Shown here piece after piece: positions 25,081 through 40,044 of a stretch of 45,738 bases of DNA. The stretch is from Seison nebaliae. Taxonomy: Eukaryota. The DNA lies in contig JALJEE010000177.1 of assembly GCA_023231475.1 (NCBI GenBank), forward strand, positions 1-45,738, given 5' to 3'. The position numbers and the translations under genes are program-made. A model generated the notes under the pieces. It was not told the DNA's origin and did no database searches. It worked only from the letters and a program-made list of their open reading frames with translations. The first letter of the stretch is position 1, and every line of letters starts with the position of its first letter.

Positions 25081-28000
25081 ATGTTGGAGAATGGAAGTGA
25101 TATGACAGATTTGGGCTATTTAGCACTTGTGTCAAAAGTTTGTGTGGAATTGGAGAATCATTTGCAGATGAACGATAAAGTGTTGGCGGAGTTCATTATT
25201 AACTTAGCTGATCAGAATGATAATGTTGAAAAATTTCGGGAAGCTCTCGTTGCATGTCAGGCACAAATGAGTGAATCATTTATAACGAATCTTTATCGAT
25301 TAATTAATCGATTACGTCCACCCAAACAACAAAGGAAATTGAATGAAAAATCGGAGAGAAGAAAAGAAAAGAAGAAATCAAAAAAATCGGGAAGCAATTT
25401 GAAGTCAGATGAGAAGATGAAAAAGAAGAAATTAAGTGAAATAGAAATTACTGAGGAAGAGAAAAAAGAGATAGAATCATTTGGTCATTATGACCCTCAA
25501 AAGAATTTGGATGAAGCAGAAGAGAAGAGGAAATTATGTCCGGCACTTGCAATGGCAGATGATGAAGAGACTGTTCATAAATTATTAAAAAATGATGATA
25601 AACATGATGATGATGAAATGTTTGGGAAAAGAAAAAAGAGAAGTAAGAATGAACGAGAAATGAAGAATATAAAAAAAAGACGATCAAGAGGAAAACATCC
25701 ATATCAATCACCGAATTATATTATGATTGGACATATCTATTTGGGAAGAGTAACGAAAATTTTAGATGCTGGAGCATTGATCGATATTTTAAATGTGAAA
25801 GGAGTGAAATCTAATTCTCCCACAAGATCTATAAATAAAGAAGAAAAATCTTTATTTCGAACTCAAGGACTTGTTCATATTTCGAATATGAAACCGATTG
25901 AATCATTAACCAATTCTTCCGTACATCATGGACGACGTGTGACGGATTATGTTTCTAGAAATCAGACAGTTCGAGTGAAAGTATTGAGTATTGTTGGAAA
26001 TAAAATATCATTGTCAATGAGAGAAGTAGATCAGGAAAACGGAAAAGATTTGAATGAAATTCATTCTGTTGTTCTTCGCTCAGGATATCATTTGGGTGAT
26101 GCACAAGCTGACAAAATCGTGAAACGAATGGAAAGAAAAAGAAGAAAGAGAAAAATGAAAAATTTGAATTCGGACGACTCACTTTCTGATGACGACGATG
26201 ACGATGATGATTTCCATAATCCAACAACAAAATTATCGGACGAACAAAGAAACACAAATAAATTGGCTAATTCAATCTCTAATTCCAACGAAAAAACAAA
26301 GAAATTTACACAGATGTCAGATTTTGAAAAATATGAATTTAATCAAATGAGAAAAAGTGGTGCAATCTCCGAACAACAATTACCAACTTATGACGAAGAA
26401 GGTAGTGGTGTCCTTTACAATGCTGATAATTATTCAGATGAAGAAGTGGAAGTTGAATTGGTGGAAGAAGAGCCAGCATTCTTAAGAGGATTTGGTCGTA
26501 CATCTCTCCGTGATATTTCACCTCCGAAAATCGTAAAAAATCCTGATGGCAGTTTATCACAAGCAGCGAATATGCAAGCGGCATTTGCTAAAGAACGACG
26601 CGAAACAAAACAAGCTCAACGTGCACAAGAAATAGTGAATGCAACTGGTGAACAGAATCCAAATAGATTTGATTCAGTTAAATGGGAAGATCCAATTAAT
26701 CGAGGATTAACCGATCCGACGAGGAAAGTGAATGTTGTAGCAAATGCGAAAATGTCGTTGGATGGAACTGTCAATCCTCAAACATTATCTATTCAATCAT
26801 CTTCAACAATCTCCACTTTACCAGGAGCATTAGGTTCTACCGTTCAAGATGATTCATCTTCGAGACGTGCAGGAATTCTGGCTAGTATGCCTGAGTGGAA
26901 GAGACATACTTATGGAAGTAGTTTCTCGTCATATGGAAAACGAATAAATAAAAGTATTTTAGAACAACGAGAATCATTACCAATTTATCAATTGAAAAAA
27001 CAATTGATTGAAGCGATTGATCTCAATCAAATTCTTATTGTTATCGGAGAAACAGGTAGTGGTAAAACCACTCAAATTACTCAATATCTCGAAGAGATGG
27101 GTTATTCGACTAATAAGAAACGGATTGGTTGTACACAACCAAGACGTGTGGCAGCAATGAGTGTAGCAAAGAGAGTTGCTGAAGAATATGGTTGTATTTT
27201 AGGTCAAGAAGTTGGTTATACAATTCGATTTGAAGATTGTTCATCAATTGACACTAAAATCAAATATATGACAGATGGAATGTTGTTGAGAGAATGTCTG
27301 TTAGATCCATTACTTAATCAATATTCTGTTATTATGTTAGACGAAGCTCATGAACGGACGATTTGTACAGATGTATTATTTGGTTTGTTGAAGAAATGTA
27401 TAAAAAATAAAGAACGAAAACATCCACTCAAACTCATCGTTACTTCAGCTACATTAGATTCAGTAAAATTTTCAGAATATTTTTTCAATGCTCCAATTTT
27501 CACTATTCCAGGAAGAACATTTCCTGTTGAAATTCTTTATACGAAAGAACCAGAAACTGATTATTTGGAAGCATCATTGATTACAGTAATGCAGATACAT
27601 TTCAATGAACCACCTGGTGATGTTCTTCTTTTTCTCACTGGCCAAGAAGAAATTGATACGGCTTGTGAGATTCTTTATGAACGAATGAAATCTTTAGGAT
27701 CTAATATTCCAGAATTAGTCATTCTACCAGTTTATTCCGCATTACCATCTGAGATGCAAACTCGAATTTTTGATCCTGCACAACCCGGTTCCAGGAAAGT
27801 AGTCATCGCTACAAATATCGCTGAGACATCACTCACCATCGATGGAATTTATTATGTTGTTGATCCAGGTTTTGTCAAACAGAAAGTCTTCGATCCCAAA
27901 ACCGGAATGGATTCTTTACGTGTCACTCCCATTTCTCAAGCACAAGCTAAACAACGTAGTGGAAGAGCTGGACGTACTGGTCCAGGAAAATGTTACAGAC

Positions 28001-28983
28001 TTTATACAGAACGAGCATATCGTGATGAAATGTTACCGACGAATGTTCCTGAAATACAACGGACAAATTTATCTTCTACTGTTCTTTCATTGAAGGCGAT
28101 GGGAATCAATGATTTATTGACATTCGATTTTATGGATTCTCCTCCATTGGAAGCACTCGTTTTAGCAATGGAACAATTACACGCTTTAGGTGCTTTGGAT
28201 GACGAAGGATTATTGACACGTCTTGGAAGACGAATGGCTGAATTTCCATTAGAACCCCAATTAGCGAAAATTCTTATTATTAGTGTTCAGTTGAATTGTT
28301 CGGAAGAGATTTTAACAATTGTCAGTATGTTATCTGTCGACAATGTTTTTTATCGACCGAAAGAGAAAGCAGATGTAGCTGATCAAAGGAAAGCTCGTTT
28401 TCATCAAGCAGAAGGAGATCATTTGACATTACTTTGCATCTATAATTCATGGAAGAATAATAAATTCTCAACGATTTGGTGTTATGAAAATTTCATCCAA
28501 TTACGTTCAATGAAGAGAGCTCAAGATATTCGGAAACAAATGTTGGGAATTATGGATCGTCATAAATTAGAAGTGAGTTCATGTGGTCGGAAAACTAATC
28601 GTATACAACAAGCCATTTGTTCGGGGTTCTTTCGATCATCATGTAAACGAGATCCACAAGAAGGTTATCGGACAATGGTCGATTCACAAACCGTTTATAT
28701 TCATCCATCATCATCTCTCTATCAACGACAACCGGAATGGTTAATTTATCATGAACTCGTTTTAACATCAAAGGAATATATGCGTAACATTTGTGCAATC
28801 GATCCCAAATGGCTTATTCAGTTTGCACCGAAATTCTTTAGATTTGGTGATCCATCTCGTCTCTCCAAACACAAGAAAGAAGAGAAAATCGAACCATTAT
28901 ATAATGTACATGAAGAGAAAGATGCATGGAGATTAAGCAAAATTAGGAAACCGCATTACAACCCGGCGGGAAAGTTCGGTTGA
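25081..28983 (+). CDS. DHX8: Pre-mRNA splicing DEAH helicase DHX8/Prp22, single 1300-aa ORF
   Basis: N-terminal [23 protein letters not shown]1 domain (GLVHIS), [36 protein letters not shown]2/OB fold, IEPLYN...WRLS. Confidence 0.97.
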   Translation: MLENGSDMTDLGYLALVSKVCVELENHLQMNDKVLAEFIINLADQNDNVEKFREALVACQAQMSESFITNLYRLINRLRPPKQQRKLNEKSERRKEKKKSKKSGSNLKSDEKMKKKKLSEIEITEEEKKEIESFGHYDPQKNLDEAEEKRKLCPALAMADDEETVHKLLKNDDKHDDDEMFGKRKKRSKNEREMKNIKKRRSRGKHPYQSPNYIMIGHIYLGRVTKILDAGALIDILNVKGVKSNSPTRSINKEEKSLFRTQGLVHISNMKPIESLTNSSVHHGRRVTDYVSRNQTVRVKVLSIVGNKISLSMREVDQENGKDLNEIHSVVLRSGYHLGDAQADKIVKRMERKRRKRKMKNLNSDDSLSDDDDDDDDFHNPTTKLSDEQRNTNKLANSISNSNEKTKKFTQMSDFEKYEFNQMRKSGAISEQQLPTYDEEGSGVLYNADNYSDEEVEVELVEEEPAFLRGFGRTSLRDISPPKIVKNPDGSLSQAANMQAAFAKERRETKQAQRAQEIVNATGEQNPNRFDSVKWEDPINRGLTDPTRKVNVVANAKMSLDGTVNPQTLSIQSSSTISTLPGALGSTVQDDSSSRRAGILASMPEWKRHTYGSSFSSYGKRINKSILEQRESLPIYQLKKQLIEAIDLNQILIVIGETGSGKTTQITQYLEEMGYSTNKKRIGCTQPRRVAAMSVAKRVAEEYGCILGQEVGYTIRFEDCSSIDTKIKYMTDGMLLRECLLDPLLNQYSVIMLDEAHERTICTDVLFGLLKKCIKNKERKHPLKLIVTSATLDSVKFSEYFFNAPIFTIPGRTFPVEILYTKEPETDYLEASLITVMQIHFNEPPGDVLLFLTGQEEIDTACEILYERMKSLGSNIPELVILPVYSALPSEMQTRIFDPAQPGSRKVVIATNIAETSLTIDGIYYVVDPGFVKQKVFDPKTGMDSLRVTPISQAQAKQRSGRAGRTGPGKCYRLYTERAYRDEMLPTNVPEIQRTNLSSTVLSLKAMGINDLLTFDFMDSPPLEALVLAMEQLHALGALDDEGLLTRLGRRMAEFPLEPQLAKILIISVQLNCSEEILTIVSMLSVDNVFYRPKEKADVADQRKARFHQAEGDHLTLLCIYNSWKNNKFSTIWCYENFIQLRSMKRAQDIRKQMLGIMDRHKLEVSSCGRKTNRIQQAICSGFFRSSCKRDPQEGYRTMVDSQTVYIHPSSSLYQRQPEWLIYHELVLTSKEYMRNICAIDPKWLIQFAPKFFRFGDPSRLSKHKKEEKIEPLYNVHEEKDAWRLSKIRKPHYNPAGKFG

Positions 28984-29512
28984 TAAATTTTCACATTCAT
29001 TTATTCTTCGTCAATTTTCTATGTTTTCAATGTTTTATCTTTTAATAAATTTTTTCTTTAAATTTCTTAAAAACAATGTTTGTTTGTTTATGTTATATAT
29101 ATTCTTACAAACTCATTGAAATGTAATTGTGTTTTTGAAATGTAATTGGCCAATTAAAAAACATAAGTTATTATGTTAATTAATTATTTAAAGCTTAATT
29201 TTTGAAATTACGCAGTGAATTCGAAATTATAGATAGAAAAATTTTTGAGATATTAAAGAAAATAATGAGCGTCCATGAAACACTCAATAATTTACAAAGG
29301 GAAGAGTTAGAAGAGAAAAAATTGTTTGAAGTAGAAATACATTTCTAATTTTTGTAATTGGATTTTCATTTGAAATATCACATTTAATACCAAAATTTAC
29401 ACGTTCTGCTTTTTGCGTGTTCTTAAGTTTCCATTTAGTCAATAATTTTGAGGAAGTGTTAAAGGAGAATTTGGATCAAGTTTTGAGAGAGATTTTCGTT
29501 TAATTGATAAGA

Positions 29513-32395
29513 ATGTTTAACCCTTCACAAAATTGTATACCTTTGCCTCCGACGTCACCACCTGCCTCTACAAGTGGAATAGCTCCGATGGAGAATAATG
29601 CGGCCTGGGAGAATGCACAAGCTGCGTTGGAAAAAATGAATCCAAATATGAACATGAATAATAATAATAATTTGGTTAATATGAGTGGATTTGGTTATTC
29701 GAACGGAATGACACCACATCATCCATTTCCTTCCACCATCCCATCTAGTGGAATGAGAAGTAATGTCGATCATCAAACAGGAGGTTCCTTTTATAATCAA
29801 ACAAATATGTCACATGATTCATATTCTAATCATGGTAGTTGTCCTTATCCATCAAATAATGATACATTCACTTATCAAAGACAAAATTATCCATCACAGC
29901 CATACAGTAACTCCCAATCACCATTCTCATCATCATCATCATCTATGGCCGCTCCATTGCTCCCACAACAACCAAACTATCCAGCAAATGAATTTTACAA
30001 AATTCCTCCACAACATTTAAGTGTACCAAATAATTCATCAAGTCGACCTCCATTATTACCGACAGTCAATAAAAATTTGGAAAAACAACAAATTTCGGAA
30101 CGAGCTCGTTCCATGATAGTACGACCGAAAATTCCTTCGTCAGTTCAAAATAAACCGAATGTGAATGAAGTTTTTCAAACGACAAATATTCCACCGTTGA
30201 TGGATTCGAATTTGATTTTAATCAAGCCCACCATTATTACAATGGAGAAACAGAATATTGATAATAAAGTTGTTCTAAAAACTCATTTATGGCCACAAGC
30301 GATGAAGTTAGACTTTTAATTTCTCATTTTGATTTATATTATTCTCTCTTAGAGTTTATTTTACTAAAATTTTCGATCAAAAACAAAGTAAACAAGATCC
30401 GATATTAATAAAGAATTGGAGTAAAATATTCATTCGTCGAATGTTCCATGAGCAATTGGTCTACAAACTGAACTGGGATAAATTGCCATTCCTTTCGTTA
30501 CATTTCACTTTCTCTCTCTTTATTTTCAATTTGACTTTATTTTATTATGTTATATCTAATTAGAATGGTAGAGATTCGGAATGAATTGGAACAAATTAAT
30601 GAAGATGAGGATAAGAGCAATCCGTCATATAAACGGAAATCAGATGATGATGATGATGAGGAGAAGATGGAAGGATCGGAAAATTCACTTCAACCTTCGA
30701 AAAATAAATTGCTTCGTCCGATTGTCGGAGAAAAGCGGGTTGGTGGTGAGCAGACGAAGAATGGATTAACGGATAATGAAATAAGAGAGAGATCTTCTTT
30801 GATCGTTGAATTAAAGAAATTGAGAGCAGAGAAAAGAGTGATGGTAGATAAGAAGGAATTGAGAAATTTAAGTAAAATTATTATAGAAATGCAGAAACGA
30901 GTCGAGTTTAGTATTTTTCTCTTCTGCTCTCTCAAATATCTCTACTTCTTTCTTCCAGTGAAATTAACAGTAAAGTTATTTATAAGAATAATAATAGTCA
31001 ATTGACGACTATATCAAATAATTTTAATTCTTCAATTTTAACCACGACTACTGTTGCTAATTCGGAAGAAAGTCCAATGAAATCGTTGGCAACCACCCTA
31101 ACTATATCGTCGACAGGTAAATCGACATCATCTTTAAGTTTTGTAGATAGCACGACAAAGAAGAAGATTGATGAAGAATTGGATGGTGAGGTGGAGCCTC
31201 ATTTGAGTGAAGAAAGGAGACAGAAAAGATTCGAACGTTTCAACCAGAACTATACGACATCTGTAGCGAAAAAATCAAGTTGGAAGAAGGATGTCGAATA
31301 TGATGTTCCAATGACTGACGAGAATGATTGTATCAAAGGCACTTGTACTAATTTAGAGAAATCTTATTTCCGTTTAACATCTGCACCTGCCGCTAATACC
31401 GTTCGTCCACCATATATTTTAAAGAAATCATTAGAGATGGTAATGGCGAAGTGGCGAAATGCTGAAAATAAGAGTGATGTTTATGAATATGTGAATGAAC
31501 AGTTGAAGAGTATTCGACAGGATTTAACCATCCAAAATATTCGAAGTGATCTCACTATTCGAGCATATGAGTCCCACGGTCGCATTTCTTTGGTGATGGG
31601 AGATCGGGGTCAATTTAATCAATGTCAGACACAATTGAAATCGTTGTATCATTCAACATCATCAGATGTCACTTGGAATGGTCGTCGATATTATGCTGAA
31701 TTCTTCGCCTATTCTATTATTTATCAAATGTTTTCGAAAAATCCTTCTAGTCTTTCTATGCAATTGAGTGAACTATTTCTAGATAATAATGACGATAATG
31801 ATGTGGATGATGGAAGTAATATTGTAGATAATTATAATGATAAATTAAGTAATGTTAATGAAACTACGAGAACGAATGAATGTTCTTCCGATTCTCAAAT
31901 GAGAAGAATGTTGAGAACGAAAGCTAATAAGCAGTTCGTAGTGAAATGGGTGAAGGATTTGGTAAGGGATTATCATTCGGAGAATATGAATCGTTTTTTT
32001 AATCATTATCGATTTTCATTGACAAAGCGATTAAATGTTTCTAATAAGTTCAATTCGTTATCTGATGAACTGAAAGAGGAAGAACAATCGGATTCCTTAT
32101 ATTTAGTAGAAAAAGTGCTCGATATGTTCATGGAGCATGAACGTGTTTTATTCTTCAAGAAAATTTGTAGATCGTTATTATTTTCCTTTTCTTTATTCTA
32201 ATACATTTACTTTCTTTTAGATATGCTGTCAAAACTTTGCCGTTACATCATGTGGAACAACTATTTGCTTTCTCATCAACAGACGAATGTTTCGAGAAAT
32301 TAACAAAAATGAATACCGTTTTCATTATTGAGGATGGTATAAATCAAATCGACGTGAAATCCACTTATAAGAAGTTGTTAGAAAATCAAGTTTAA
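29513..32395 (+). CDS. LENG8: LENG8/Thp3-like SAC3/GANP-domain protein (5 exons)
   Basis: Introns 30307-30352, 30497-30563, 30906-30958 and 32174-32220 join the ORFs. Motifs AWENAQAAL, WPQAMK.YF..NWDKLP, IKGTCTNLEKSYFRLTSAP...VRP, EQLKSIRQDLTIQ, YESHGRI..GDRGQFNQCQTQLKSLY. Confidence 0.88.
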
Positions 32396-32675
32396 TTGTC
32401 CATTCGTCCACACTTTTTTCATTTATCTCAACTTTCTAATCCTTTCATATGTTGGACTCGAGAATTAAACTGAATTTTCCTCCAATTTCTCATTTTCTTT
32501 CAAGGGAATTTTTTCTCATCTTCTCTCTTTAATTCTTAACTTTTCTGTAATTTCCACATTTTTTGTGAATGAGAAAAAATTAAAAACATTTTACTTGAAA
32601 AAATAAAATTAAAATATTTTAATCACTGTTTATCGTTAATCACTAAATATGAATCATCGGATTAAATAATCAAAT

Positions 32676-34691
32676 TTAACAAAATGTAAAATCGAATGAA
32701 CGACTCGTTCGTAAAGAGCAAATTAAATTTGCTTTACATTTCTTATCACATTTTTTGCGAACAGTTGAATTTTTCATGAAATTTCCATAAAATTGGTCGA
32801 AAAGTTTTTCATCGTTTTCTAATTTTATCGTCAGATTATGCCAATCGATAGGGAATAGACTTTTCAATTGGTAAGCATTCTTCGCATCGTATTCTAATTT
32901 CCATTCGGGCTTATTTGTCTTCTCTGCTTCATTAATGTTCATAATCACCGTACGATGGTTGAGCACGAACTGATGAATAAAAGTCATAAAATTTTAATTT
33001 ATTAAAAGTTTTGAATAGTAACATAATTGCTTTTATCATAATCACCTTCGACTTCATAAATTCGATAACCTGAATTCAATTTAGCATATGGAGTGACACT
33101 GGGAGTAATGTAAGCAATATTAATCGGTCTTACCAAATGATGAGGCGTAGGTCGTTGATGATAGTCGTTATCGTAAAATATTTCGAAATGATCTCTATGT
33201 GTATGACCGAAAAATTGAGCAACGATTGTTGATTCATATCGTTGAACAATTTTATTATAATTCCAACTCCAAGTTTTGATGCAATCATTATTGCCAGGAG
33301 GAATATGACCAATGATGTGAACTCGAATATTTCTATTTTCTGAATGTTGTAAAATGTCGACAAGCCACTGAAGTTGACCATATGGATCTTTATTATCGAC
33401 TAATAACCAAAAATTAAGTCGATAACAGAAGATTGTATTCAACGAAATTATTCTCAATCTCTCCTTTATCATCAGTTCGTAGTATCCCCCACTAAACTTA
33501 CAAAAATGATTTTCGTTCAAGGAATATATGTGCATCAAAACTTTTCAACGGTTTTTCGAATTTCAGACGGTAATTTTAATGTATTTATCCATGAATCTGC
33601 TAAAGCTTTATATAACCATTTATCATCGGTGATATTGACACGTTCAGATGGAAATCTGGGAAAAGATTTGGAATTTAAAAACATATTAAAATTTTTGTTT
33701 GAAAAATTCGATTGGGTAACAAGTTCATTGGGGAGCTTTCGTGGTTGCCGACAGCCGGGTAAATCTGGAAATCATTTAAGTAAATTTTCATGATATTGGT
33801 TGTAATTGATAAATATTTTAAAGAATCATTTTTGGATGTTCCCCAAACGGTATGAGGAGGTAAATCACCTGTAAAGTAAATAAAATCAAACTTTTAATTC
33901 AATAGATAATGATAAGGATAAATAAAGGCAAATTTTACTTTCTCTTCAGTTTTTAATTGAACCATCAATGACGTTAGTACTGCCATCGGTGTGTCACAAT
34001 TTCTATAATCACCCCACTTCCATGCGTCAGATTGTCCTTTGTCTATGATAGAAATGAAATAATATAAAACATATCAAATTTTACCATACGTTCCGTTGCG
34101 GCAACATAACGGTTCTCCACAATCAGTAACTCCATTGGCAACGTAATCCAAATCCAAATGAATATCCGACAAATGAAGTATACGTAATGTATCCGGAATA
34201 ACCTAAAATTGTTGGAAAAGATACTTCTAAATGTCAATAAAACTTTTGGCAGTTGTGGAGGAATTACAGGAGGTTTCGGTATTGTTGGTAAAGTGACATT
34301 CCATGAGACATGTTCAGCAGTACCTGTTTCGCAATTGAAAATGAAATCGCAGAACCATATTGGATTATATTCTGTCACATTAAATGCATATTCGATCGGA
34401 AGCTTTCATCATTAAATTTAAAATTTTAATCAAGTTAGAAACTTTATATGAAGATATGAGTCCATCACAAACTTTCTGATCTTCCAAGTGGAAAGATCGA
34501 CATAAATGTGTTGCAAATCTTTCTGCTTGGCTCGTTTTATTCTTCAGTTCTAAATGTTCAGTATAATCGAGAACTATGTGACATGCATCACATAAAAGAG
34601 AATTCCAATGTACATTTATTTGTCGTTTAGTAGGAGATCCATTTAATGTAGAACATCGGATTAGTAATATCAAGAAGAAACATTTAAACAT
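32676..34691 (-). CDS. SMPD1: Acid sphingomyelinase (saposin B + Pro-rich + metallophosphoesterase; 8 exons)
   Basis: Signal peptide, saposin Cys pattern, PTIPKPPVIPP, ILHLSDIHLD, WGDYRNCDTP, FTGDLPPH, VGNHES, IIGHIPPG, FFGHTH. Introns 34403-34442, 34203-34243, 34043-34084, 33891-33938, 33656-33720, 33492-33541, 32970-33022. Confidence 0.93.
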
Positions 34692-34924
34692 GTTAATTAT
34701 GTAATGGATTATTTAATTTCCTAGTTTTTTTTAATTTTCTTTGTTTATTTACATTTAGTCTTCTAAATTATATGAACTTGGAGGTTGGAGGTCACTCTTA
34801 TTATTATCACTTAATTTATCTTCGTAAATTTATTTGTAAAATAAATTGTGAGAAAAAAAACTTCTACAGAGTTTAAGCCATACGTATAATTAGTAATATA
34901 GTTTCTTCGTTTTCCATCACTCAT

Positions 34925-37900
34925 TCAATTTTCTTCATCTTTCGATAAGTCCTTACCTTTGCCTAATTGTAATATTGTATCAGCAGTATGAGCAGTGAAG
35001 GAGGATTGTGATTCATCCTAAGAAATAATATTTGTCATATCTAATCAACAAACAAAAACTAAACTGCCAATTTTGTTGCATGGACAGACTCATCAATTGC
35101 ATCCTCACTGTCATCATCATTATTCTCATCACCAAAATCAGTGTCCGTTAGGAGATTAGATCGTAAACGACGTTGCCATTGTGACAGTCGAATAGATGGC
35201 GTCAAAATAAGTGGACGATGTCGGAATATTGGTAGGGAAGTGTAATTATATCTGGCATAAGATTTTATGATTTTTATGTTCTTGAATGAAATTAACTGTG
35301 TTATTCTTACATCATGAATTGCTAGCGGATCTTCCAGTTGCACATTTGTCTTTATGTCAATGTATTTTCTTTTCTGAAAGGTTTATTAAAAAAATTTCAT
35401 TATTTCAATTGAAATAAGAAACTTCTTCTCTCACAGCCCTCGCAGTAGTTGTTACTTTAGGTACATACGTTTCCACTCGAATAATTCTAAGCAAATTAAA
35501 TTATAAATTATGAAATCTCTCCAACCTCAGAGTTTTCTCATACGCAATCAATAAATCGCCTTCATTGTTTAAGAATGTCAGGCAACTGATTTGAGAATCG
35601 CAAGTAATTTCTCTCATCAATATATTATTCCTGCTCCAAACCTAATTATCGACAAATTGATTAATCAATTGAAGAAATGAAGTGAAAACTTTTATTTTCA
35701 TGTCTTCTGCACACGATGCGAATATTTCAAATTGAGTATGAGCACTTATATTCATTATCTTGACCATAAGTAATTTAAATAAGGATGAAAACGAATTAAA
35801 TAACTTTCTTACGGTGCGATGTTAATGGATCACTCATAAAGACTTTAGCATAAGGTTGATTTGGAACACCTTCGCAAATAGCAATAACTTTCAACATTCT
35901 GTAACATAATATAATGTAAGTTTGATATAAATAATTAACTTCGAATTTTTCGTAATGTAGGCGATAGTCGAATGAATGGAAGCAAAATGTGTGACCATAC
36001 CTAATGAAAACAACTGAGGAAATAAACTATAGTTTCAAAGAGAATTATTACTTTGAATACGGAAAATAAAAATATTTTCTCGTTAGCCACATCGTATGAT
36101 ATCGCCCAAATTATTAATTTACCACTTGGACTGATGCTGACAAGTCGATCGGCATCATCTGACGAGAAAAAATTTGTAGAATAGTTCATTTAAAAACATT
36201 TCTAACTTATTCGATTGTTCTCAGGATCTAACGTAGAAGATTTTAGTATGCGCAACATGTTTACCGGTTCATCATAAGCTTTACAATGTAAGCTCATTGT
36301 AACTTCCATACTATCTAACAGTGATATCTAAACATGCTGATTTATCAGGAATCAAATAATAATAAATACGAACCCTTCCTAAATCATCTCCTACGAATAA
36401 TAAATAATCACAATCAAAAGTTTCTTCTAAGCCAATAGCATGGTCCTAACCAATCAAAGACCATACTTAAGTATTAAAACGCAAATAATAAAGCCAAACT
36501 AATAATAGAACCGCCATGGCTGTGATTTTTTGTTTAACATTAGATAGTCGAATGATGTAAGTGGGAAGACAAGGTGTAACGGTAGTTGTATATGCAAATA
36601 CTTAAAATGTAGAGACATGTTAATTTATTAATTTATCATCCAAACTGTTTCCATCTTCCATTAAACTGAATAATTTATCTTGTTTCCTTTCATAAATTAA
36701 TTGTCGTTGTGGCTATAACAGAATGATAAATAACGAAATAAAATATGTGTTAACTGAAGTATATTGAGCTCCAATTGTTTTGATGAGTTGTCCACCAGAT
36801 ATGGGTGATAAAATGGCGCCATCTCCGTTTTGACATCCAACGATAATTCTACTTGGTAAATGTTTTGAATGATAAATTTCCAAATTTTTTATGTCGCAAC
36901 GTAATTGTGAGAATAATTGAGTAATCTATTAAATAGAATTCTTCTACAAAATTTTAAGAAAAGAAACTAACTAAAAACAATTGAAATATGATTATTTTTC
37001 GAGATAATTCCATACATATCAAATTGGAATCCATCGAATGCAACCCTAATATTGACCCATCCATATCATGTCGAAAAATCTTTGAGAAACTAATATTACT
37101 TGTATTTCTATAAAATTTATTTAACTTGTTCGAATGACAGTAAACTCCATGCTCTTAATGATCGGTCGGTTGATGACGTTAAAACATAAGACTCCTCCTT
37201 GTGCAACACCATACCTATAATTTGGAATATTTATGATAGAAAGACCGTGAAAGACCTGTGATTCGTTGATAATGACCGACATACTCATGAATAGGTTTAT
37301 TTGTTTTGATTGACCAAACTTTGATGTCTCCCATAACACTTGCAGTTAGGTAATAATCCATTTCTGGACATAATAAAAATCTTTTTTCAATAATCAATAT
37401 ATGAAATAAATTATCAAAGATAATTTAACTTGCATAATGTATAGTCATCTAATCCTGTTAAATTTTGTAATTGAGAACATTTCTGTGGGAAATATATTTC
37501 ATAAAAAAGGTAAATACAACACTACTAACTTCACCAATAACCGACATACTAAAAAATCGAACTTCTGTTATTCCATAAATGATACTTTCATCGAAATTGA
37601 GAGTTAACTCCAATATATTCTAATATGATGATATCAATCAATATAATAGAAAATAATAAATATTTTTATCCAAACTTCGAAGGCATCAATGTTAAGATGG
37701 GTTTCTTTTGGGTTAATTAAACGCGGTGGAAATCCATACTGGTAATTTCAGATTTAACGAACTTAAAATAGAAAAATAGGAAACTTTTATTTCTGTCGTT
37801 TTCCATCGAACTAAACGTCCTTTCCCACCTCCAATAATTTGTTTCTTACGGTTGTTGTAAATTAAACTGATAAATTATAACATTAATCATATATTTACCT

Positions 37901-38960
37901 TTTAACCATTTTAATGTTGGTGATGGTATACTAGAAAGGATTCGACAATATTCTTGAAATCCTGCCATCAGCACTAAACGGCCTTCGGTTACTGAAATAT
38001 GTTTGTAACCTAAATACATCTTTAAACATCATAACAATTTTATAAATTTTCTTTACGAATGAAAATGAACTAGTTTTGCTGGAATTTGAATAATGATGTT
38101 GAATTTATATCTCAATTCTTGTCTAAGAATAAATAATTTGATATTGCCTTGATTTCTACCTTGATCAAACTAACTTTAATACTCTCAACGAAGAATTAAT
38201 CTTTGATCGTAGAATCACATGGAAACATCCAGTTTCATTATTGATATTTAATGTTCGTCTTTCTTTTTTCTTCTTTTGCGTATGTTGTGCTTTAGGAGGT
38301 TCACTAATTGAATTTGAATTTTTTGCATAATGTACAGTAAATATCTGTCCGAGAGATGCTGATTGAATTAATAAACATTGAATAGGTTGATTAAAATTGT
38401 ATGTCGCTTCAATCTGTTGGATAAATCTTCTTTCATAAAAATATTGTTAATAGCAGGAACTTGAAAGCCATTTTTGATTTCCAATCTCTCTTTTAGTTTA
38501 TCCTTCGCCATTAGAATCAAAAGTAATTGTCTGACTTCATCAAATTTCATTTGATGCGCTTCGATCCTTTTATATTTCAGACAATTATGCTAGAAAACAT
38601 CAGTAGTTTGACATTATTAGTGAAGAATATCGAATGTGCAAACAATATAATAGTCATACATTTTTGGATCTTGGAGATCTACATCTTCACCAAATACTTT
38701 TTCAATACATCGACGATATTTTCCAACTACTTTAACACCCTTTTTCCAAAGGTCACTTGCATTTCTACGCATGGTCAAGTTTTGAACGTCAAAAGCATGA
38801 TTGACCGCCAAATCAATGGTTTCATCCGCATGTTCTATAATAACGCGAGTGCTCTTATGTTTTCCGCTTGAAAAAATAACATGAACACATGCTGACGAAC
38901 ATAGGAGATGCTAGTTAACTTGGGGGAAATTTGAGTTTGATCAAACATTTTTCTTGACAT
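34925..38960 (-). CDS. Many-exon WD40-repeat protein (WDR87/WDR97-like, tentative)
   Basis: Spliced fragments YLTASVMGDIKVWS..GHYQRITGM..VLTSSTDRSLRAWSL and SHRKKIMNISAH..FASCAEDMKIKVWS..REITCDSQISCLTFLNNEGDLLIAY. Exon structure only partly solved; both ends tentative. Confidence 0.7.
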
Positions 38961-40044
38961 TTTTTCTAGAAGCGCAAAAATAACCAAATTTAATTTTGAA
39001 ATAACTAAAATTTATGTAATTACTATATTTCTATCGATATAATCAACAGAAAATCAATAATTGTTTTTTCAACTCTAATTTATTGTTCCTCACTCAAATC
39101 TGTAACTTATAAGTTGTAATAATTATTGTTAACAAATTGCTTCCGACGAATCTCCTTGTGAATATTAAAAGTTTAAGTATACATGTCAGTATACACATTT
39201 TCTCTGTATTTTAATTGTCAAATAAATATGGAATCCTCGATAGTTGATAATCGTAAGTATTCTGAAAGAATGAATATGACACGTAGATAAAGTTTGATCC
39301 GATGTTATCAACGAACATCCGAATATTATCAAATAAACACTTAAAAATTCGGATAGTTGGACCTTCCGAATGGATATTGCTCGATTGATAAAAAATTTCA
39401 TAGTATTCCACACTGACGGAAACTAATCAAGAATTTATCTTACGTTAGTTAATTTGTTAGTTAGTTAGTTTTACAATCATTTTCAGATTGTGTAAGTTTT
39501 TATTTAATATTCATTTATGTTAAAAATTAGGAACTAAAACTTGATCTTAACATATATCATAACTTATTAGAGATAAACTTGATACTTCCCATTATCAAAA
39601 TTTTTTTAAATCTATAACTCGTCCTTCTCTTGTGGTTTCAAAAAATTACACAAAATGATCAGTTTTGGAAATTCGAAACCAGTCGGACAGGTCAAGAATC
39701 CCTACTAAACCTACAGAAATAAATATTGTATATACAATTCTGTATAACAAACTATTTAATATATACAAAATTGTATATAAAAAATACATATTTACATCTA
39801 CATACAGAGTAAAAAAAGGCTAAAAATCTGGTGTAATACTTCGACTAAAGATAAAAAATTTACACATCCGTTTAGTTTTATTTTTCCTATCTCCATGATT
39901 TTTTTGGAGGTAAACGGCGAATGGGAACGTGTACCATTCCCTTGTAAATCTATTGGTAGTCTGAATTTTGGAGCCGAAACGGAATTATTATTATTTTATA
40001 CTGAATCAGATAAAAGTAATGATGATTTCTCTTCAAATTATAGT

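Noticed and set aside
39186..39413. Two overlapping minus-strand ORFs
   Set aside because: No recognisable motif, and I could not link them by splicing to a gene.
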